A program made the translations under genes and the position numbers. The notes under the pieces are model-generated. The model was given only the letters and a program-made list of their open reading frames with translations, made no database searches and was not told the origin of the DNA. This document shows positions 57,999-64,000 of a DNA stretch of 64,000 nt, piece after piece. This DNA is from Myxococcales bacterium. GTDB lineage: Bacteria; Myxococcota_A; Polyangia; Polyangiales; DASUME01. The stretch covers positions 6,656,001 to 6,720,000 of the forward strand of contig JASGJH010000001.1 of the NCBI GenBank assembly GCA_047601445.1, in the 5' to 3' direction. The first letter of the stretch is position 1. The number at the start of each line of letters is the position of its first letter.

Positions 57999-58506
57999 CT
58001 TGCATTGACCTCGTGAGGCAGCGGAATCGGTTGCTGCCTGCTCGCCGTACGAGCTGCAGTCCGCCAGTAGGCGTCAGGCTCAACGCTAGCAAGCCTTGCG
58101 CTGTCGATAGGGCTGTAGCAGCTGGCAGCTACGGTGCCGCGTTCTAGCGGAGCCGTAGCGATTTTTTCTGCCGAGCACCACACCGCGCAGACACGCTCGA
58201 TGTGCTGTCGTCGAGTGGGAGTCCCCGAATCGCCAGGCCATCTCGGAAAGCGGGCTTCCGCAACTCGGCAGACACGGTCGGCCTCATCGAGCTTCGCTTG
58301 AAGAGCGTTTGTCGATGGCGCAACGAAGTTCGCCGCTGCAGGGCTGACGGCAACCGAGATCTTGGTCCACCTCCCCAGAACCACTCGGGGTGAACCCCCG
58401 CAACGACGCATGACGACTCGCGCCGAGGCGATGTAGGGTGCGCCCCGCGGCTCCCCCAGCGTATCTGCGCGTACAAGCGGCGCGCGTGGAGTCGTGGGGA
58501 GAACCG

Positions 58507-60891
58507 ATGGGCGTGCGATGTCGCAGGAGTGTTGGGGTCGGGATCGTGGCGGGCACATTGGCCGTGATGAGCGGCTGTGCGGTCGAGGTGGGGAGCGAGG
58601 ACGAGCTCGAGGTGAATGGGATCTCGCAGCCCTTCGCGGTGACGGACTGGATGGTGGCGAGCAACGCCTCGCTCCTGCGCTGGGCGCAAACGAGCGCCGG
58701 TGGGGTCAAGGTGTGCCTGCAGGGTACGGGGTTCACCGCCGCCAACACGGCCGACTACCAGAATGCCGCCAAGGCTGCGATCGTGGCCTGGGTCGACGGC
58801 ATCAGGCCGATCTCCAAGGCTTCGTTGATCACGGCCGCGAACGTGTCTTTCTCCTGCAACAATCCCCAGGTCACTCTCAACTGGGACATCAACAACACGG
58901 ACAGCGCGACCGGCCAGCCCGGTTGGATCGAGCTCGGCGGTCAGGGCTCGGGCGTGCTCTTGCACGAGTTCGGCCACGTCTTTGGCCTCGATGACACCTA
59001 CCTCAACAACGTGCTGACCTGCAAGGAGGCGCACGAGAGCTCGGTGATGTGCCACGGCAGCCAGTTGTCCGCGCTCGCAGCCGACGACATCGATGGCATC
59101 CAGCGCGCCTTCTGCACGGTCTACCCGGCGCAGTGCAAGGCGCGCTGGAACGCGAGCATCAGCTTCTGTTCGGGCACCGGCAAGCAACTGCGTACGGGCG
59201 AGTTCACCGGAGATGGGCGTACCGACCTGTTGTGCCACGACACCGTCGCGGGCACCCGGCAGGTGCTCTGGGCCGACAAGAACGACCAGTTCCCCAGCGT
59301 GAGCTGGAACGACACCTACGTGTGGTGCCAGGCCCCGAAGACTCTGCAGCTCGGTGACTACAACGGCGATGGGCGTACGGACTATCTCTGTCACGATGGC
59401 ACCACCGGCAACGACTCGATCACGTACACGAACCAGTGGGGCTATTACCTGACGCCCACGGCCTTCACGCTCACGAACTGCTCGGGCAACGGCCGCTACT
59501 TGGCCGACGTGGGCGACTTCAACGGCGACGGGCGCACGGACCTGCTGTGCCGCTGGTCGGACGGAACGGTCCTCACGCAGCAGGCCACGACGAACGGCAC
59601 CTTCACCGGCGTGAGCTGGGTTGGAACTTGGGCCGCCTTGTGCTCCAGCAGCGGACGGCTGCTCGCGGGCGACGTGAACCGTGACGGTCGCGACGACCTC
59701 GTGTGCAAGGAGACGACCTCGGGGACCCTGCGCGTCGGGCTCGCCTCGTCCACGGGCACCTTCTCCAGCATCAGCTCCACTGCGACGCTGAGCTTTTGCA
59801 CGCAGCCGAGCAGCGTGATGGCCCTCGCCGATTTCGACGGTGACGGCCGCGACGACTTCTACTGCCGCGACATCCACGACAACTACGGCGGACCGGCCAC
59901 CACCGGCGGTCACTGGATCGCGCTCGCCCAGTCGGACGCGACCTTCAAGGGCATTTCCCGCTACTGGACGAGCTTCAACGACGCCACCACCACGCAAGTG
60001 GCGCTCGGCGACTTCGATCGCAACGGCGGCACCGACCTCGCCTTCACCACGAGCGCCGGCGCACTCTCGGTCGACTACACCGAGCTGCGCTTCAGCCAGG
60101 TTGCGTCCGGTGAATCGCACAGCTGTGCGCTCAACGCCAACGGCCAGGCCCGCTGCTGGGGTGATAACGAGCTATTGACCCTCGAAGTGCCGCGCGGAGG
60201 CCGCTACTCGGCCCTGGTGCTGGGCGCGGACTTCTCCTGCGGGCTGCGCAGCTCCGACTCGAAGCCCGCGTGTTGGGGCAATGGTCCCACCGCCAGCGTG
60301 GCGCCTGCCACGGCGTTCACGAAGCTGAGCGCGGCCGCGTTCCACGTCTGCGGCATCAAGGCGTCGGACAGCTCCATCGCCTGCTGGGCGGGTAGCAATG
60401 CCCCGCCCCAGGGCATGGCGCCGGCCTCGGTGGCGGGCACGTTCACGGCCGTCGCCGCGGGCGGCGCGCACTCCTGCGGGATCACCGGTGGCAACGCCAA
60501 GTGTTGGGGTCTCAACGACAAGGGCCAGGCGCCAGCCTCGGTGACCGGACCCTTCCAGATGATCGCGGCTGGCGACCAGTTCACCTGCGCGCGCAAGACC
60601 GACAAAATCCAGTGCTGGGGCAACAACACCTCCGGTCAGGCCCCCGCGAGCGTCACCGGCTCGTTCCTCCATCTCACGGCGGGTTCGGCCCACGCTTGCG
60701 CTCAGCGCCAGGACGGCACCGTCCAGTGCTGGGGCGCCAACAGCGTGGGGCAGACGACCGTCCCCAGCGACAAGTTCGTCGCGAACCAGGTCTACGCGCG
60801 CGGCGAGCACACATGCGGCATCCTGGCCAGTGACCAGAGCCTCAAGTGCTGGGGCAACAACACGGACGGCGAGTCCACTCCCGCGCGTTGA
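58507..60891 (+). CDS. Lipoprotein: metzincin-type Zn peptidase + FG-GAP/VCBS repeats + RCC1-like repeats
   Basis: Lipobox MSGC; HEFGHVFGLDD, SVM Met-turn; GDFNGDGRTDLLC repeats; HSC...CWG repeats. Confidence 0.87.
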   Translation: MGVRCRRSVGVGIVAGTLAVMSGCAVEVGSEDELEVNGISQPFAVTDWMVASNASLLRWAQTSAGGVKVCLQGTGFTAANTADYQNAAKAAIVAWVDGIRPISKASLITAANVSFSCNNPQVTLNWDINNTDSATGQPGWIELGGQGSGVLLHEFGHVFGLDDTYLNNVLTCKEAHESSVMCHGSQLSALAADDIDGIQRAFCTVYPAQCKARWNASISFCSGTGKQLRTGEFTGDGRTDLLCHDTVAGTRQVLWADKNDQFPSVSWNDTYVWCQAPKTLQLGDYNGDGRTDYLCHDGTTGNDSITYTNQWGYYLTPTAFTLTNCSGNGRYLADVGDFNGDGRTDLLCRWSDGTVLTQQATTNGTFTGVSWVGTWAALCSSSGRLLAGDVNRDGRDDLVCKETTSGTLRVGLASSTGTFSSISSTATLSFCTQPSSVMALADFDGDGRDDFYCRDIHDNYGGPATTGGHWIALAQSDATFKGISRYWTSFNDATTTQVALGDFDRNGGTDLAFTTSAGALSVDYTELRFSQVASGESHSCALNANGQARCWGDNELLTLEVPRGGRYSALVLGADFSCGLRSSDSKPACWGNGPTASVAPATAFTKLSAAAFHVCGIKASDSSIACWAGSNAPPQGMAPASVAGTFTAVAAGGAHSCGITGGNAKCWGLNDKGQAPASVTGPFQMIAAGDQFTCARKTDKIQCWGNNTSGQAPASVTGSFLHLTAGSAHACAQRQDGTVQCWGANSVGQTTVPSDKFVANQVYARGEHTCGILASDQSLKCWGNNTDGESTPAR

Positions 60892-60990
60892 GCGAGCGGC
60901 GACACGCGTGAGGCCAGGGGGTGCACTCTCTGCGGGTGAGGCCAAGCACCGCCTTCCGACGATGCAGCCACCGTCCTCACGCCCCTCTCC

Positions 60991-62208
60991 TCACTCAACT
61001 CCATAGACCACGTACACCTGATCCTCCAAATTCATCGCGACGTCGATCTTCCCATCGTCGTCGTAGTCACCCGCTGTGAGATCTACTGGCGTACTCGGCA
61101 AGCAAACGCTCGCCGTCTGCTTGATGTCAGACGCCCCGTTGGCTCGACCGATCTTCACCCAGTACCTGTCGTCTGAATCGCTTTCTCCGGGGCCAAAGCT
61201 GTAGCTCACGCCGATGAGCTCGAGCTTTCCGTCGTGATTGGCGTCGTCGGCGTAGGTGCCGAGGAAATCGCCAAGGCTGTCGCCTCCAGCGAGCGTAAAG
61301 GTGCGGTCGGCACCGGCCAGGTATATCCAGCCATCGATCAGCACGTCGCTGCGCCCGTCCTGATTTACGTCGACGAGCTGCAGGCTTCCGTCGGAATGGA
61401 CGGCGGAGTCGAGTGGGTAGATTCCCGATTCGGTCCAGCCGTTCTTGTCGCCGTAGGCGATGTACGGTCCGTCGGACGCAGCGCCGTCTTTGCGGCTTCC
61501 GATCATGTCTTCGAAGCCGTCGCCGTCGAGGTCGGCCAGCTCGAGGTCGTCGTACTCGTATTCGAGCCTCTGCGCGCGTTGGCGGACGAATGTGCCGTCG
61601 CGGCTCCCGGCATAGTAGAACAGGCTAGAGCAGGGCGCGTCGCAGTGGGCGTCGTCGTCGATGCGCAGGATGAGATCCGGTAGGTCGTCGCCGTTGTAGT
61701 CAAAGAGCTGGATGCCCTGCACGGATTCGGACTCCACGAGTGTGACGGATTCGAGGAACCCAGCGGGTGACCCCAATGAGATGAGGACCGACTTCTCCTC
61801 GTAGGTGCCGTCGGAGGTCACGAAGTCGAGCGAGCCATCCCGGTTGAAATCTCCAGTTAACGCCCTCCTTCCAAACAACCCACGAGTCGCGGTGGCGCAG
61901 TTCTCATCCCCCGCCGCGCAGCGCGGGGTTCTGACCGCATCGAGTCCGGTGTTGGGCGCTCCCCGGAAGAAATCCCGGCCCACTGCGAGGTCATCCACGC
62001 CGTCCTGTTCAGTGTCGTCCGTGTACATCGCCTCGAAGGTGGCGAGTTCTGGCAGCCACTGTTCTCTCAATCCGAGCTCTGCAGGTGGTTGGCATGGCGG
62101 CGGCTCACTGACGCCCGCGTCCGCCGAGAGAGCTTGAGAAGGGGCATCACCCCCGCAAGCAAGAACACAGCTCAGACAACAACCCGCGATAGTCTTCCCG
62201 ATGTGCAT
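60991..62208 (-). CDS. FG-GAP/VCBS repeat lipoprotein
   Basis: Lipobox VLAC; GDFNRDGSLD, DYNGDDLPD, ADLDGDGFED, DVNQDGRSD. Confidence 0.82.
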   Translation of the reverse strand: MHIGKTIAGCCLSCVLACGGDAPSQALSADAGVSEPPPCQPPAELGLREQWLPELATFEAMYTDDTEQDGVDDLAVGRDFFRGAPNTGLDAVRTPRCAAGDENCATATRGLFGRRALTGDFNRDGSLDFVTSDGTYEEKSVLISLGSPAGFLESVTLVESESVQGIQLFDYNGDDLPDLILRIDDDAHCDAPCSSLFYYAGSRDGTFVRQRAQRLEYEYDDLELADLDGDGFEDMIGSRKDGAASDGPYIAYGDKNGWTESGIYPLDSAVHSDGSLQLVDVNQDGRSDVLIDGWIYLAGADRTFTLAGGDSLGDFLGTYADDANHDGKLELIGVSYSFGPGESDSDDRYWVKIGRANGASDIKQTASVCLPSTPVDLTAGDYDDDGKIDVAMNLEDQVYVVYGVE

Positions 62209-62442
62209 CGTGCCTCCGGCTGCTCTATCGGCAGGTGCGACCACAGGTTGCGTGTTTTTTTTTAGATCGTGCAACCTAGTAGGGGGGCACCTTCGGGGTG
62301 AGTTTGAGAAGGGGGCTTCATCGGACACCGTCGACGAGCGCACGCAAAAAATGTGTTTGGGTTGATGGATGGAAGGGGCGAGGAATTGGTTGAGCTCGCC
62401 TGGTGAAGTTCCCCCGGTTCCGTTGACACGCAGGAGAGACCC

Positions 62443-62781
62443 ATGCGTGTTCAGAAGCAGCAGCGCTACACAGATGAGTTCAAGGCAGAGACGATCGCGC
62501 TGATGAAGCGAGACGACCGGACTTTCGCGCAATTGGCCGCGGATTTGGGGATAAACAAGTGGACCCTGCGGGAGTGGTACAACAGGGACCAGATGGCCAA
62601 GAAGAGCAAGCGAAAGCCGGGAGCACCTGTAGCTCCGGCTCCCTCTCAGGAGACGGCAGAGGAGAAGGCTGCGCGGCTGGAGCGTGAGAACGAGCGGCTG
62701 CGCAAGAAGGTCGAAACCCTCGAGATGGACCGCGAAATCCTAAAAAAAGCGGCAGCCTTCTTCGCGAAGGAAAGCGAATGA
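62443..62781 (+). CDS. IS3 transposase OrfA
   Basis: RYTDEFK HTH, leucine zipper, EILKKAAAFFAK. Confidence 0.93.
   Translation: MRVQKQQRYTDEFKAETIALMKRDDRTFAQLAADLGINKWTLREWYNRDQMAKKSKRKPGAPVAPAPSQETAEEKAARLERENERLRKKVETLEMDREILKKAAAFFAKESE
62742..62749 (+). other. Programmed -1 frameshift slippery site (A7G)
   Basis: AAAAAAAG near the end of orfA; orfB is in the -1 frame. Confidence 0.8.
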
Positions 62782-63653
62782 GGTTCGCCTTCATCCACGC
62801 GGAGAAGGCGAACTTCCCGGTGTCAGCGCTGTGCCGGAACCTGCAGGTGACCCGGCAGGGGTACTACGCGTTCGCGAGTCGCCCGCCGAGTCCCCGTGCG
62901 GACCAGGACCGGGCCCTCTTGGAACGGGTCGGCCAGGTGCACGCGGAGAGCCGCAACGCCTACGGAAGTCCGCGAGTTCGAAAGGAACTCCGACGTCGTG
63001 GCATTCGGGTCGGCAAACGCCGGGTGGAGCGCGCCATGCGGAGCTTGGGGCTCTGCGCCCGGCCTCGTCGCCGGTTCCGTGTGACCACCGCTGCAAATCC
63101 GCGGCATCCAGTCGAGCCTAACGTGCTCAACCGCGAGTTCCGCGCCGAACGTCCCAATCAGCGCTGGGTGACGGACATCTCGTACGTCTGGACCGACGAG
63201 GGCTGGTGCTACCTCGCTGTCATCATCGACCTGTTTTCCAGGACCGTCGTGGGCTGGGCGCTGGACGCCATGCTCTCGACCCAGCTGCCCCTCGCAGCGC
63301 TGGACATGGCGCTTCGGCGCCGTCGTCCCGACGCAGCAGGCCTGCTCCACCATTCTGACCGGGGCTGCCAGTACACGAGTCAGGAATACCGCTCTGAGCT
63401 CGCCCAGCGTGGGCTCTCGGTCAGCATGAGCCGCAAAGGCAACTGCTGGGATAACGCGGTCGCCGAGAGCTTCTTTTCAACCATCAAGGCCGAGCTAATT
63501 CATGGTCGACGTTGGGCCGGGCGCCTTGAGCTTCGGTCGGCGGTCTTCGAGTACATCGAGGTCTTCTACAATCGGCGGAGGCTTCATTCGTCACTGGGGT
63601 ATCGAACCCCAGCCGAGTTCGAGAAGGACTACACTGCGGCTCAGGCCGCCTAA
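62778..63653 (+). CDS. IS3 transposase OrfB (DDE)
   Basis: WVTDISY, HSDRGCQY, CWDNAVAESFF, YNRRRLHSSLGY. Confidence 0.95.
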   Translation: MRFAFIHAEKANFPVSALCRNLQVTRQGYYAFASRPPSPRADQDRALLERVGQVHAESRNAYGSPRVRKELRRRGIRVGKRRVERAMRSLGLCARPRRRFRVTTAANPRHPVEPNVLNREFRAERPNQRWVTDISYVWTDEGWCYLAVIIDLFSRTVVGWALDAMLSTQLPLAALDMALRRRRPDAAGLLHHSDRGCQYTSQEYRSELAQRGLSVSMSRKGNCWDNAVAESFFSTIKAELIHGRRWAGRLELRSAVFEYIEVFYNRRRLHSSLGYRTPAEFEKDYTAAQAA

Positions 63654-64000
63654 GCAGGTGTCAACGGATTCGAGGGAAGCTCACTGGCGCAGCACCGGAA
63701 CAGATGCCTTGACCTCCTTCGACGTCTATCTGGACTACAGCGCCATCGTGCCCGCCGGTACTCCGTGCGCCTCGGCGCTGCTCCACGCAGGAGAGCCGGT
63801 TCCTGCGTCCGCCGAAGCGCTCCACCGAATCACGACCAAGGCCAGCACCCAGAGCCTGGGTGTGCAGGATATCGGCATCCGCGAGGGAGAGAAGATCCCG
63901 GTCACGGTGGTCACCCGCGATGTCGCGGGCAACCCGAGCGTGGCATCCGAGGTGGTGTGCGTGGAGCGTCTAGCCGCCACGGGCAAGGGCAAATCGAAGC

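Larger units (their letters stand above)
62404..63683 (+). mobile_element. Complete IS3-family insertion sequence, 1280 bp
   Basis: TG...CA ends, 26-bp imperfect inverted repeats (21/26), 4-bp target duplication CTGG (62400-62403 and 63684-63687). Confidence 0.95.
62365..64000 (+). pseudogene. FnIII-like reading frame interrupted by the IS3 element
   Basis: Removing the IS and one CTGG joins MDGRGEELVELAW to RSTGTDALTSFDVYLDY...VVTRDVAGNPSVASEVVC in frame; runs off the window. Confidence 0.55.

Noticed and set aside
1932..60120. Long antisense/shadow ORFs (for example 1932-3410, 9969-12266, 22096-23799, 37503-39713, 58144-60120)
   Set aside because: They lie opposite well-supported genes and are the expected stop-poor frames of high-GC coding DNA.
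52260..64000. Prophage
   Set aside because: No integrase, structural or replication phage genes.

Overview
GC-rich bacterial chromosomal DNA. Gene content (many lipobox/Cys-rich/DAG-linker lipoproteins, PEGA, SseB, VIT-AgmX-like proteins) points to a myxobacterium, probably Polyangia-like; this is an inference. 1-4.3 kb is housekeeping (acyP, rpmE, DUF1385, prfA, ribA). 4.5-11.8 kb holds an imelysin/di-heme oxidoreductase/imelysin operon, a gamma-carboxylase-like HTTM gene and a PhoX-like lipoprotein. 12-52 kb is mostly accessory: two ZU5-like paralogous lipoproteins with HFS motifs, a translationally coupled aminotransferase/LuxE-like/LuxC-like operon without luciferase, a Cys-rich lipoprotein cluster, a ~400-bp inverted-repeat element carrying a truncated four-helix-bundle gene, and a VIT-vWA-TPR-YfaP fusion. 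Downstream of tRNA-Phe(GAA) (52182-52257) is an island-like region with a decayed AbiEii-type gene, an intact HTH/nucleotidyltransferase pair, rearranged IS fragments, RCC1/FG-GAP lipoproteins and a complete IS3-family element (62404-63683, CTGG target duplication). Four otherwise intact genes each carry a single +1 frameshift, which may be sequencing error. All family assignments come from motif recognition by eye; no database search was run.
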